64,000 nt of DNA from Cyanophora paradoxa CCMP329 (taxonomy: Eukaryota > Plantae > Glaucophyta), in NCBI GenBank assembly GCA_004431415.1, contig QPMI01000436.1, positions 186,001 to 250,000 on the forward strand. The letters run 5' to 3'. The position numbers and the translations under genes were made by a program. This document shows, piece after piece, positions 13,098 to 25,310 of this stretch. Each line of letters begins with the position of its first letter. Within the stretch, counting starts at the first letter, position 1. The notes beneath the pieces were generated by a model. It did not search any database and had not been told where the DNA came from. It saw only the letters and a list, made by a program, of their open reading frames with translations.

Positions 13098-14640
13098 CAT
13101 GAAACGATTTCTGAGTCCGCTCAGACGTGGGGCCGCAGAATCTAAGGGAAACCTCGCATTTTCTTGCGCCCATAAATGACAAAACTCCGAACACACGAAA
13201 TCCATGAATCAGCTCAGATCCAAAGTCCATGAATCAAATAAACGTTAACATTGGATTTATTTTAATTGGGGGTTGGGGTCAACTTGGGGAACTTGGGGTA
13301 CATGACCTCATGCAGGCAGCAATGGCAATGGGGTTTTAATTTTAATTTGGGGGTACTTTATGAGTCCACTCCAGCTCAGGCCCGGAGGCCCTGCTCGAGC
13401 TCGAGGTAATTATAAAAACGTTTTGTGGTTACTCGGTTATCTCTTAATATTTCTACCTAAATATACGGCCCCGGCGCGGGCACTGCCGCAGCGCGCGGCA
13501 CAGTGCGTGTCCGACGGTCACACTGTCAGTGCCTGCACAGTGCCACGGTGGCTGCACTGCGGCATCCCGAGTCCGCCTCACTTTATACTAGTATTAGCTT
13601 TCGCTGCGTAGCAGCGTGGTACCGTCTTCGCTGCGTAGCAGCGTGGTACCGGCCTTTGCCAAGTTGAAGCCTTGAAGATCTAGATGCCGCAGTACGCACT
13701 ACGTATACCCGGTGACCGTCCGACGGTCTCTGGCATCTCGCCGCCGCCGGGCTGCAGCTGGTCGAGCTATAGCTAGATCGAGCTCATGATCAGTATGGCG
13801 TGCGCACTGCCGCATCCGCCCCACGTCCGCTGCGCATGCGTAGCAGCGTGGAACGTAATAAGATGCCGTAGTACGCACTACCGGTACCGTAGTACTTATA
13901 TTCCATCTCTCGCGGCCGCCGGGCTGGACGCCGGCGCCGGGCGACCGCCTCGTGCGTATCAGTGTATCGGTGTACGTATTTATATGCCCGCTACGAGCAA
14001 AAGTTCACGGTGCGCATGCACCACCCGTACGATCAAATGTTCGCGGCGGGCCGGACGTCGACGGGCCGACCCGCCGAGGTTTACGGTTTCAAGTTCCGAA
14101 GTTCGCAGCATGTACGCTGCAGCTGCCTACGTATATACACGTGAACATGAACATTGCCGCATGCATATGGTTTAATTTGCAGCACGGCGCCGGCGCCGGC
14201 CGGCCGCGCGCCGGCTCGCGATCGCGCATCAGCTAGATGCGCTGCTGATTCCTACGAGTCTTGCAGCCACCACAAAAAAGTCATTCGGCAACTACACTGA
14301 AATTAAATTTGAAGTCAGAGTATGCCTGTTTGAAAGTGAGTGTCAGTCCGACGGTCTGACAGTTGTATAATTATTTCGTAATCATTCTCATGCATATGAG
14401 TTCTTGCGATCATGACTTGGGCGCGTGCGTGCAGCGATATCCAGTGGCCGGTGCCGACAGTGGCCGGTGCCGACACGGCGCCGCCGCGGCGCGCGTGCTG
14501 CTTCGAATTCGGGATCCGACCTTCCAATTCCGCATTCAGCTGCCCGTGCAGGTTGAGAGTGCGTCTGCAGGTTGCAAATTTAACTGATGTTCCGAAGCAA
14601 TGGCTTCCTCTGCCTAAAATGATCAGAGATTAATATTTTG

Positions 14641-16950
14641 TAGTGATCATGAGCCGCTGAGCGTCGTCTGAAGTGGTTGTTTCAAAAGTGCGTGTTCTTG
14701 GCAGGTTAGTGTGATCGCGGCCCTCGCGATCGTCATGTTCAGAATCATGTTCTTCATATCAATCATATTCTTCATGTTTCTTGCTGAATCCAAGTCTTCC
14801 AAGTCTTCGCAATCCAAGTCTTGGAAGGCATTAATATTAAATGATTTTCTCCCTGCCCCTAAGGGCTTGTCATGGTTAATATTTCTCGGTTTTTGGACGT
14901 CGCATTGATGCACCACGCGTACTATACAAGTATCGATATATCAATGTTCTACGTATATGTGACGTGCCCTTCAGACCGAATAATTATCCTCGTCAACGTT
15001 AAGCGTTAGCAGAACCATCGCTGTCTTCCAGTTCGGCGTCTCATTTGAGACTCGAAACACTATATATAGCTAGTACTTTGAAATCAATATATGTAATAAT
15101 AAGTTTCTTCAATGCCGTCTATATTAATTACTTGCCAAGTTTAACATTGTCAATGGTTGTCTAGATCTGTGTGTAGGTCGAGGCTGAGCAGTCCGAGCAG
15201 TCGCGCGCAACGTCGTGATTTGGCGGCGCCGGCGCAGCGGGTCAGCACGCTTGAAAGGGATACCTGTACCGGTGCGCTTTGCCATCCGTCTCGCCATGCG
15301 GCCAGCGCGTGGTCCCCTCCAAATGTTTACTCCACTGCCGGGATTCGAGCCAGCGTCCTTCCGCAGGTAATGCGGGAGCGTATCAGGCACCCACTGCTAG
15401 CTATAGCCCTCGCCTGCTCGTGTCGCCGGCCTCGCCTCCGCCAGTTCCGCCCCCGTCCCCCCCCCCCCCCCCCCCCTCCTCTCCCCCTCCACCCCGCCGT
15501 TGGGCTCCGCCTGTACCCACCGGCCCGCCGTCAATGCCCGCAGGCGCGAGGCTGATCGAGGGGGGCTTCCTGATCGTGAGCTCATCGTTCCCCTAGGCCT
15601 CCTCGCGGTCGGCAAGAATTCGAAGCGCGCACCCCGAGATCTGTACCCTGATCGCGAACATTTTCTCGCCCACAGGTGCCCCGTGGTTGTCCGGCCGCCA
15701 GATCTCAAGAACGCGGCACAGGAAGGGTCCTTCTCCTTGAATTCCGACCGCCAGACCTTAAGGACCCTCAACGAGTCGGCCACCTCGCCTTCTCACCAGG
15801 TGGGCGTACCCCCTCGCTTCTTCCCCCCCCCGCGCCCGCGGGCCTCGACCTTTTCAAGACGAGGCCGTACTCACCTTCTGTGCTAATTGTACTATACCCC
15901 TAGCCTCCCGGCAGGGAATTCGTGCTCACGATCATGGTGCCGCAGTGCCCGCCGGCCGGGACCGATCGAACCGGGAGCCGAGCACGAGGATTTAGAGCTC
16001 GAGCTCTGCTGAAGATCCCGGCGGCAGCTGCAGTCCGGAGCTCGAGGTGCCAGCGCTAGGCCCTTCCCATTTTCCCCCCCTCCCCCGGCCCCCACCTCCC
16101 CCGGCCCCCCCCCCATCCTCTCCCTTCGCGGCCGGGCCGGGGGAGGCCGCCCCTGGACCTAGCGCCTCCTGCGCCACAACCTTCATGAACTGCTCTCGAG
16201 CTCCCCGCCACCCGCTCCCGCCACCAAGGCCGCGCGCGCCCCCGCGATTCGGCGCCGGCGCCGGCGCCGGCGTGCGCCGGCCATCGCTACGTATACAGCG
16301 CCGGCTGTATGTGTACGTATACTCCTACCACCCGCGTTCTGCGTTTGCCTACTCCCGCCACCCGCGTACCTCCCCCTCCCCCCCCTCCCCCCTCCCCTTA
16401 TACCCACCCCCATGCCAACCCCCCGGCCCCCGACGGTGACATCATCCTCCCCCTCCCCCGACCCCTCCTTTCCCCCCCGGCACCCCCGGCCCTCTCCCCT
16501 TTTCCCGTCCTCGTCCTGCAGCCCGCCGCACCGCCGGACGCCGCCTCTCCCCCGTCGCCCCGGCTGCAGGTTTTCCGCAATATTAATCCAAGTCTTCAAA
16601 GGCATAAATAATAAATGATTCGTTTTACGTTCTTGATTTTACACCTTGCAATAGCGATATCGATTAATATTGCTGATTAATTTGCCCGTCGCTTCGGCTG
16701 CTGGTGCACGCCCTTTCTCCACTGCGGCAGGGGCGGCGCCCGGCGGTCAAGGAGCCGGCAGGCTCCTCAAAGAAGCCGGGTCAGTCGAGCCCTCGGCCTG
16801 TGGCCGGCCGCCCTTTAATTCCTGTCCCTCTCTGCTTAAGCTTCCCGGAGGACCGGCCACTGTCCCTGGCCAGCGCCAGCGGCACGGTGCCGGCTCGCGC
16901 ATCGATATCGATGTCAGCGGCATTTGACGTATACGTTTATTCTAGCTAGA
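14641..16950. repeat. Diverged dispersed repeat, copy 1 (C-rich on the plus strand)
   Basis: Blocks match 17372-17645 and 20205-21545, e.g. TAGTGATCATGAGCCGCTGAGCGTCGTCTGAAG and GCGCGCACCCCGAGATCTGTACCCTGATCGCGAAC. Confidence 0.8.
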
Positions 16951-17672
16951 TCTATTGTTTTGCAGTGAAGTTAAACAAGCGAGTCCCCGGGCCCTGCGGG
17001 ATCAGAAGCTTAAGTGGACTTGGGGACTTGGGACTTCAAGGCGTGAGGGTAGCCCCGCGGCCGCGCTTTGGTTTTAAACGGGTTCAGCGTGCAGGCCGTC
17101 GACGTCGGCGCCGGGCCGGGCGGGGCCACCGCCCGGCCGCACCGGGCACCATGCATATGGTCCATGCCATGCGTCATACAAGTCCAGCCGAAATTAAAGC
17201 GGAGCACAGCGAGCGACTGGCGCGAGACCGGGCACGTATACGTACGAAGTGCATTTTAGATCAGCCGAGATGAGGTGGTCTCCCGCCAGAACCTCGCCGC
17301 GCGAAAGTTGGCCTCGGAGGTCGCTGCGCATGCGCCCCGGCCCCCTCTTCAGCCCTCGACAGCGCGTGTTTTAGTGATCATGAGCCGCTGAGCGTCGTCT
17401 GAAGTGGGCGTTTCAAACGTGCGTGTTCTTGGCAGGTTCGTTTGATCGCGGCCCTCGAGCTGAATCATGTTCTTCATGTCATGATCAATCATATTCCTCC
17501 GAGGCTCATGCCATGATGTTTCTTGCTGAATCCAATTCCAAGTCTTCCAAGTCCCCGCAATCCGAGTCTTGGAAGGCATTAATATTAAATGATTCGTTTT
17601 ACGTTCTTGATTTTCACCTTTCAATAGCAATTGCTGATTAATTTCACTGCGGACCGGAATCTGTACATGTGT

Positions 17673-19209
17673 TTTTTTTTTTTGAGAGACTACGGTGGGG
17701 CGAACCCCCCGTAGGTAGTGATATTAAAGACAACAAAGCAATCACAAATCAAAGATACAGTAAACTAGCACAAAATATATACAGAATCAAGAGGGATCAC
17801 GAGAAGGGACACGATCAGAAGAACGCAAAAGATAAGGAGAACGAGCACGAGGAGAAGGAGTAGAAGAGCTCAAGGGCGTCGATGCAGAAGTACTAGTCAC
17901 ACTAGAACGACGAGGAGCACGGGGACGCAGCAAATAAGGAGAACGAGCACGAGGAACTACAGTCGAAGACGAAGATCTAGACGAAGACGACAAGACAGAG
18001 CTAACAGCAGAACTAGAAGACGTAGTCGCAGGAGGCAAAGGCGGTAGAACAGTAGGAGAGGCGAAACGTAGGACACCACTAGAGGGGAAAGTCGAAGCTG
18101 GCGGAGTGTCTAAACGGAATCGAGATTGTAGAGTTGGTAAAACAATGGACGGCTGAAGACTAATCTGAGGAACTGGGGACGACACGAGGAAAGGGGCAGA
18201 GCTCGGGTGCAGACTCGGAATCGGCAGTATAAGAGGAGGGGCGAAACGCAAGCCAGTAGTGACAGGGAAGGCAGACGATGGGGCTGAACCAGGCGGGAGA
18301 GGCAAATATAGCGAAGTAGAAGAGAGAGAAGGGTACACACGAGGAACGTCACCATACACAAAATACTCGCTGCCAAAAACTATACGGTCTGACGGTCGCT
18401 GAAGATAAAGAGGCGGAACTGCCTGAGGGCTAACAGGGAGAGATGGAGGAGGAAGAGGCAGAGCTAACGACAAAGGGAACGGAATCAAAGGTACAGGGAA
18501 GGCATGGAATACACGAGGAACTGGAAGGTGGAGGGGGCCAGTGCTCCTAACTAACATCGATGAAGCATCTGATGGAGGTGACGGCAAAACAACTGAGGGT
18601 AAACTAAGTTGAGGTGAAGCGAAGATTGATACAAGACTATCATGAATCAAAGGGGGCCATGCAGGAACCGGCGGGCGAGGTGGATCTGGCGGGACAGCCA
18701 GAGGGGAAGCCGAAGGTACAGGAGAGGAAAGCCGCAGGCGCCGAGACACATGGACAGGGGACGGATCGGCATCGGGAGGCAAGGTTGAATTCGACGGAGA
18801 CCGGGGGCGGCGGATTCGTGAAACGGAAGGTATCAGAGAAGGACTAGGGGGGGGCAGGGAAGTACGGAGCCGCTGAGCAGGTGGCGACGGTGAGGGTGCA
18901 GGGGAGCGAATCCGTCGCAAAGTCGGAACAGGCTGACGGGGCTCGGCATATGTAGCCGCAGCTGCAGGAGCTGGAGCAAGCACTGGGGGTGCCGGATCCG
19001 GAGACTGGAGGCGGGGGCGCTGGGCAGGAGGCACAGGATCTGGAGGATTCTCTGAACTAGAGGGGGTTCGAGGTCGGCGAACGCCACGGGCGTTAGCAGG
19101 ATGTTTATCAGCCCGAACATGACGGTCACGATCAGCAGAAGACTGAAAGTTCTTCCCACAAATAGGGCATATTAATGTGGAGGCAGAAGCGGCGCTAGCG
19201 CTAGCATCG
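17673..19209 (-). mobile_element. 5'-truncated poly(A) non-LTR retro-insertion, long copy
   Basis: T12 tract at 17672-17683 (poly-A on minus), TSD TGTACATGTGT (17662-17672 / 19210-19220), near-identical to 45443-46487. Confidence 0.9.
17787..19208 (-). CDS. 5'-incomplete ORF of the retro-insertion: C2H2 zinc finger followed by a ~430-aa Pro/Ser-rich tail
   Basis: The frame of ORF 17787..19034 stays open to the element's 5' end and reads CPICGKNFQSSADRDRHVRADKH (19101-19169). Confidence 0.7.
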   Translation of the reverse strand, partial: DASASAASASTLICPICGKNFQSSADRDRHVRADKHPANARGVRRPRTPSSSENPPDPVPPAQRPRLQSPDPAPPVLAPAPAAAATYAEPRQPVPTLRRIRSPAPSPSPPAQRLRTSLPPPSPSLIPSVSRIRRPRSPSNSTLPPDADPSPVHVSRRLRLSSPVPSASPLAVPPDPPRPPVPAWPPLIHDSLVSIFASPQLSLPSVVLPSPPSDASSMLVRSTGPLHLPVPRVFHAFPVPLIPFPLSLALPLPPPSLPVSPQAVPPLYLQRPSDRIVFGSEYFVYGDVPRVYPSLSSTSLYLPLPPGSAPSSAFPVTTGLRFAPPLILPIPSLHPSSAPFLVSSPVPQISLQPSIVLPTLQSRFRLDTPPASTFPSSGVLRFASPTVLPPLPPATTSSSSAVSSVLSSSSRSSSSTVVPRARSPYLLRPRAPRRSSVTSTSASTPLSSSTPSPRARSPYLLRSSDRVPSRDPS

Positions 19210-22200
19210 TGTACATGTGTACTTCGATTGTAATCAAATTAATATTTAGAGTACAGCTGAACACGAGGCTCCGTACGCGTATACCACTGGGCCAGGTAGC
19301 GCTGCAGTACATTTAGCACTACCGCCGCCCTCGGCGGCGCCGGCAGCAGCTCCGGATCCGCCCTAGGCCTAGGCCTGCGCGCGGCACTCACATCCCATTG
19401 CGCATGCTAATCATAAGGCTCACCATGCCGCAGTGCCCCCCGCGGCCGATCGCGAGGATTCCGGACCCTTCTCCCGGCCCGCAGCCCGGGGGCGTGCACA
19501 GAGCCGAAAGGAGCCCGCCGAGTCGCCCCCGCGGCCCAACTCCATCTCTCATGATCATCTGAAGCGCCCGCTGAAGGGCCTGCGCGCCCGCGCGTACGGC
19601 GTACGCCACCGGTACCGGCCTCGGATCGACACCCGCCGGCGCCGGACCTCTTGCTTTTCGAGCTTGCAATCGGACCTGGCTAGCCAGGCCCCAGAACCCT
19701 TCCAGCCCTCGAGCTCCACACCATCGCTCGCGATCGCTTGCCGGGCCCGTCCGCTTTATATAATTACTGTTTATAAATTTCTAGATCCGCTTTAATTTAC
19801 TGTTTCTACTTTACTGTCCGCGTTACTGTTTCTAAATTTCAAAGAGACCTGTCGCACGCCCTCGGTCGCGATCGCGACGGGGTTTAAATTTAAAAAGGCG
19901 CGCCGGCGCGGCCGCGCCCCAACCACTCTCGCGCCAACGGTGCGCGATCGCGCCGAGGCCGCGAGGGCGCGCAGGGCCACGAACGACGCGCGTGCCTGCC
20001 CGCGCCGCGCATGTCTCCTCGGGGACGGGGAGGGAGGGAGGGAGGGAGGCAGGGAGGGGTGGGGGGGGGGGGGGGGGAAGGCCGAGAAGGGGGGGGTGGG
20101 GGGGCTGGGGCACGTTCCGCAGGAATTCGCGCAAGTGCTCTGGTCGTTCGAGCGTTGCCCTTAAAGCTTGCAATTGTCCTCGTTAACGTTTATTGTTTTC
20201 GCAAAAATGGACGTCGCATTGATACACCACGGCACATATCAATGTTCTACGAGACGTGCCCTTCCGACCGAATAATTGTCCTCGAGCTCGTCAACGTTAA
20301 TGTTTAGCAGATCCGAACTCCAGTTCGGTGTCTCATTTGAAACTCAATTCAATCATTTACGATCAATATATGTTAGTGTCTTCAATGCCGTCTATATTAA
20401 ATCCCACCGGCCCGCCCGCAGTCAATGACCGCAGGCGCGAGGCTGATCCGGTGGCCGGGAGCTGCGGGCCCAAGAATTCGCAGCGCGCACCCCGAGATCT
20501 GTACCCTGATCGCGAACCTTTCCTCGCCCCCCCATGGCCGATCGCGACCCACAGGTGCCCGTCGATGTCCAGATCTAGAGCGCCCCCCCCCCCCCCCCCC
20601 CAAGAGCACCGGGCCGCCCTCCCTTCCCCGCCCCCCCCCCCCCCCCACCTCCCCCTCTCCCCGGCCCCTCCCCCTTCGGTCGCCCTGCAGAGCCTTTCAC
20701 GAGCTCCCTCTCCCCCCTCCTCCGGATCCCCGTCCTGCAGGCGGTCGTCCCGCATCCCCACCTCCCCCCACCTCCCCGGCCCTCCCCCCACCTCGGTCGC
20801 CCTAGGCCTGCCGAGCCTCGCCACAGCGACCTCCCGGATCCCCGTCCTGCAGATGGTAGTCTCCGCACCCCTGGGCCCGGGCCCGGCCCTCGCGAGTGTC
20901 CGGCCGGCCGCCGAGACCCTCGAGAACGCGGCGCAGGATAGGCCCGAGACGACTCCGAGTCGGCCTCCTCGCTTCTCCCCCTCCTCCCGGCCGTGGCCGC
21001 GGGCCTCTCTCTTTTCAAGGCGAGGCCGTTCCCACCTTCTGAGCTACTGTACCCCTAGCGTCCCGGCAGGTTACTCGAGCCGCGTGCGTCTCTCTGAGCG
21101 CAGAATCCGAGCTTTAATCTGGAGGCGGCAGCTGCAGGCAGTCTGAAGGAGCCATGGCCAGCGCTAGCCCCTTCCCGGTTCCATTCCCCCCCCCCCCCCC
21201 CCCCAACCCCCCCCTCCCCCCCAACCCCCCCCCCTCCCCTCGTCCCCGGCCTCCCCCACACCCTTCGCAGCCGGGCCGGGGAAGGCCGCTCCTGAGCCGC
21301 CGCCGCGCGCCGCCACAACTACCTGAATCGCCTCGTCCACCCTTACCCCACCTTTACCCCCGCCCCCCCCTTCGACGATGACATCGATATCGTCGTCCCC
21401 CTCCCCTCCCCGCGTCCTCCTCCCCGCGTCCTCCTCCTCCTCCTCCTCGCCCCCCCCCCCCCCCCCCCCCCCCCCTCTTCTTGTCCCGTCCTTATCCTGC
21501 GGCCCGCCGCACCGTTTGACACCGCCTCTCCCCCGTCGCCCCGGCCCGCGGCCGGCTGCTGCGGGGAGGCGATGCGTCAGTCCGTCCCCTCTGCTCCCCT
21601 CTGCTTCCCGCCCTCCCTTCAGCTTGCTGACTGCGCATGCGCCTTGCGCCCAGTAGCCTAGTAGGGCTCGACTTCGTCTCCGTCCCTCCCCCCCTCCCCG
21701 CCGGGCCGTGGCCGGCCGACCCCGCACCCTCCGATCCCCAACCGCCTGGCCCCTGACTCCAGCATTGGCGACTCGGCGTTGCAGCCTGCGGCCTCGCGAT
21801 CGGCGACTCGCCCCAGACGGTGCCGTCCCCCCAGACAGACGGCTACGGTCGGTGTGCAGTGAACCTCGCAGTTAAAACCCCGCATCGCAATTATAAACCT
21901 CACACAACTAAATAGCAATTTACGATACTAAAAGATTCGATCTATTGTGGTTTTACTGTAAGATTATATTGTATCGTCCCCTGCCGCACCACTGGCGCCG
22001 GCGCCGGACGCCGGCGCCCGGCTCCGAAAGGGGTCCGGCCAGTCGAGCCCTCCGGAGTTTTCTCTCTAGATCTCCTGCCGCAGTGGCCCGGGTGGCCCCA
22101 GCCCGGCCGCCCGGCCGCCCCCTCTGTCCCGCTCTGCGCATGCTTTCCCGCTCTGCGCATGCTTTCCCGCCCTCTCATACGAGTAGTGAGTACTAGTGAC

Positions 22201-22794
22201 GCAGAGCTCGAGTCGCATGCATTGCAATTGCGGCGCCGGCATTGCGGTACTGCGGGCCAGTCTGCGGCACTGAGCAGTGAGCACTGAGCACAGTGAGCAC
22301 TGAGCAGTCACTGAGTCAGTGCCAGTCACTCAGTGCCAGTGTGCAGTACTAGTGTGCAGTGTGCACTGCTCACTGTGCTCAGTTCCGACGGTCACAGCTG
22401 CAGTGTGCACCGTGGCACTACTAATTACTAGGTCTTCGAATTCGACTCGCCCCCGCCCCCGCTCGTCTCAGGAGGTGCAAGGTGGGGTCTCGAGTAGGGA
22501 CGCTGACAGAATACAACAACTAAGTATTGCTCAGCGACTATCTATACAACTAAGTATAATGCTAGGCGTAGGCGGCTAGGCCTGGGCCTGCGCGCAGCGC
22601 CGCCCGGCCGGGCGGCCGCCCACAGTGCCTCCGCCCCGCCCGGCGAACCGCACCGCCGCCCTCACCTCCGAGGCTCCGCCCCGCGCGCCGGTGCCAGGAG
22701 AGCTGCGCCGCCGCCCCGCTCGCCGCGCGCGCCTTCGCCCCGCGCGGCCCCCGCGCCCCGAGCCGCGCCTCTGCCCACCGCGCCCCGTCCCGCC

Positions 22795-23368
22795 TGCCGA
22801 GCCGCGCCGCCGCCTGCCGAGCCGCGCCGCCGCCTGCCGAGCCGCGCCGCCGCCTACCGAGTCGCGCCGCCGCCTGCCGAGCCGCGCCGCCGCCTGCCGA
22901 GCCGCGCCGCCGCCTGCCGAGCCGCGCCGCCGCCGCGCCTGCCGAGCCGCGCCGCTGCCTGCCGAGCCGCGCCGCCGCCTGCCGAGCCGCGCCGCCGCCT
23001 GCCGAGCCGCGCCGCCGCCTGCAGCTGGCGAGCCGCGCCGCCGCCTGCCGAGCCGCGCCGCCGCCTGTCGAGCCGCGCCGCCGCCTACCGAGCCGCGCCG
23101 CCGCCTGCCGATCGCGAGCCGCGCCGCCGCCTACCGAGCCGCGCCGCCGCCTGCCGAGTCGCGCCGCGGCGCCGCCTGCCGAGCCGCGCCGCCGCCTGCC
23201 GAGCCTCGGAGCCGCGCCGCCGCCTGCCGAGCCGCGCCGCCGCCTGCCGAGCCGCGCCGCCTCCTGCCGAGCCGCGCCGCCGCCTGCCGAGCCGCGCCGC
23301 CGCCTGCCGAGCCGCGCCGCCGCTTGCCGAGCCGCGCCGCCGGCCGGCCGAGCCGCGCCGCCGGCCGG
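22795..23368. repeat. 20-bp GC-rich minisatellite (GCCGAGCCGCGCCGCCGCCT)n, ~27 units
   Basis: Directly visible tandem array. Confidence 0.95.
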
Positions 23369-23722
23369 CTGATCATGAGCTGACTCAGTGAGCTGCCACG
23401 CGCGCGTCGCGCCTCCGAGGCTCCGTCCCGCTTGGCGAGCCGCGCCGACCGCTGCCCGACCGCGCGCCCCGCCCGTCATATGCATGGCGGCGATGGCGCC
23501 GGCCTCGCGTCGACGTCGCGCAGCCGGCCGCTGCGCACTCCCGCGTGCCGCGCCTGGCCATGGGCCGGCCGCGGAGGGCGACATGTCCAGCTAGGGCCGC
23601 GCGGGCCAGGCGCAGGGAGCTCGAGTGCGGTGGCGCGCGCGGCTCGCGCGCCGGCAGAGCGGAGCGCGCGCGCGCGGCGCGACGCCCCGGCCGCGCGCGG
23701 AGGCGCGGCGGGCGGCTGGCGC

Positions 23723-24242
23723 CAGTGATGGCATTAATAATACTCCCCAAAACGCCGACCTTAACATTAATAGTTAAGGTCTTTATTATAATATTAATAA
23801 CATTATAGTGTATTATAATAATGCTCCATACAAACCCCGCCCCGGCAGCCCCGTGCTGCTTCTTCTTCGTACATTAAGCACTCTTAAATGAAGCAGATAA
23901 GCAAGATTCAACTGTGCAGTACGTGTATAGAACAGGCTTGTGCCTTCTTTAAGACTCTGAGAGATGTTGAGAGGGGTATGGTACCTGAGGTGTGTTCCAT
24001 GGAGCAGTCAGGATGTCCGAGCGCTCGCAGAGCATTCAGACACATCTTAAACATCGTTTTAAAGCGTTAAGTTGCGTCGTGGTGCGCTCCTGGGCAAAAG
24101 AAAGCGCACTAATAGGGGGTACCCCCGTATATTAATATTGTATTGTTAAGGTCCCCGATTCGGGGGAACCTTATAATAATACTATTATAATGCATTATAA
24201 TAATGTTTATTACTGGATATTAATATTAAACGGCCATCACTG
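23723..24242. mobile_element. hAT-type non-autonomous element (520 bp)
   Basis: TIR CAGTGATGGC/GCCATCACTG with a perfect 8-bp TSD GCTGGCGC (23715-22, 24243-50) and AT-rich subtermini. Confidence 0.92.
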
Positions 24243-24692
24243 GCTGGCGCCGGCTGCGCGATTTATGCTTAGCTGCGCTCTACAATTACAAGCAGTGCAT
24301 GCATGCTGCCGCAGTGCAGTGCACTGCGGCAGCTGCAGCCTGCAGCCTGCAGGCTGGCACAGTGGCACATCGCGGTTGCGTGGGCGGCATGCAACTTGCA
24401 AATGATGCAAGTCGTCGGCGGCGGCAAGGAGCCTTGCGCGGGATACAGCAAAAAGAGACGTCCGGCGGCGCCGGCCTTATCCAAAGCGGGGTACCACAAA
24501 AAGACTTATCGGTGACGGGATCCGGGAAAAAGACCGACTTGCAATTGCACACTGGCCGACCGTCGGACTTGGACAGCGTGACAGACAATCCGACGGGTAG
24601 CCGCTGAGCAAGGGGGGTTTGAACAGCTGACCCCCCGTTGCAAATTGCAATAAGCTTTAAGTATGCAGTAGTATGCACTACCAGTACTAATG

Positions 24693-24939
24693 TCAATGTT
24701 TTATGTTAGACGGGTATTAAGTTAACCCAGGTAACCCAGGCGTCTAGTAGATCTAGACGAGGTAACCCAGGCGTCTAACTTCATCCCCGTCTGTGTATCC
24801 CCGTCCGACGTCGACGGTCTAACCATTGTACCGTCTGTCACAGTGTATGCGACAGTTCGTCTAACTTTGTCCACGTCGACGTCTATCATGGTGGGTGGGC
24901 AAACGTCTAACTAAAAACCCGTCTAACATAAGACATTGA
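24693..24939. mobile_element. MITE-like element (~247 bp)
   Basis: 22-bp TIR TCAATGTTTTATGTTAGACGGG / CCCGTCTAACATAAGACATTGA (1 mismatch) and repeated internal CGTCTA motifs; no clear TSD. Confidence 0.7.
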
Positions 24940-25310
24940 TGAAAGTAGCTATATATCATAGTATAGTAGTACTGCAGCCTGTAGTGAGTGGCAGTGAGTA
25001 CTGTGCACAGTGCATTGTCAGTGAATTTGTCACAGTGTGCACTGTGCACTGTGCACTGTGCAGTACTAGTGTGCACTGTGCACTGGGCAGACATGTACAG
25101 TGCATGTACAGTGCATGCGCAGGCAGCGCAGCAGACTAAAAGCCTTGAAGGACTCGGGAAGTGTCGACGTCCGGTCTCTTGGAATTGTTTTTTTGGCCAT
25201 GGGAGGATAACTTTGTATAATGTATATCTATATAGCTATATCTATATCTTTATCTATAGCTATATATAGCTATCTATAAAGCACTGCGGGGCAGTGCGGG
25301 CAGTGAATGC

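Larger units (their letters stand above)
17372..21545. repeat. Diverged dispersed repeat, copy 2, interrupted by the retro-insertion and other DNA
   Basis: Patchy similarity to 14641-16950. Confidence 0.7.

Noticed and set aside
15327-15409. Functional tRNA gene
   Set aside because: The acceptor stem does not pair and the T-loop is mutated; the candidates at 11047 and ~50830 also lack a full cloverleaf.
22562-23584. Long Ala/Arg/Gly ORFs on both strands
   Set aside because: They are translations of the 20-bp GC minisatellite.
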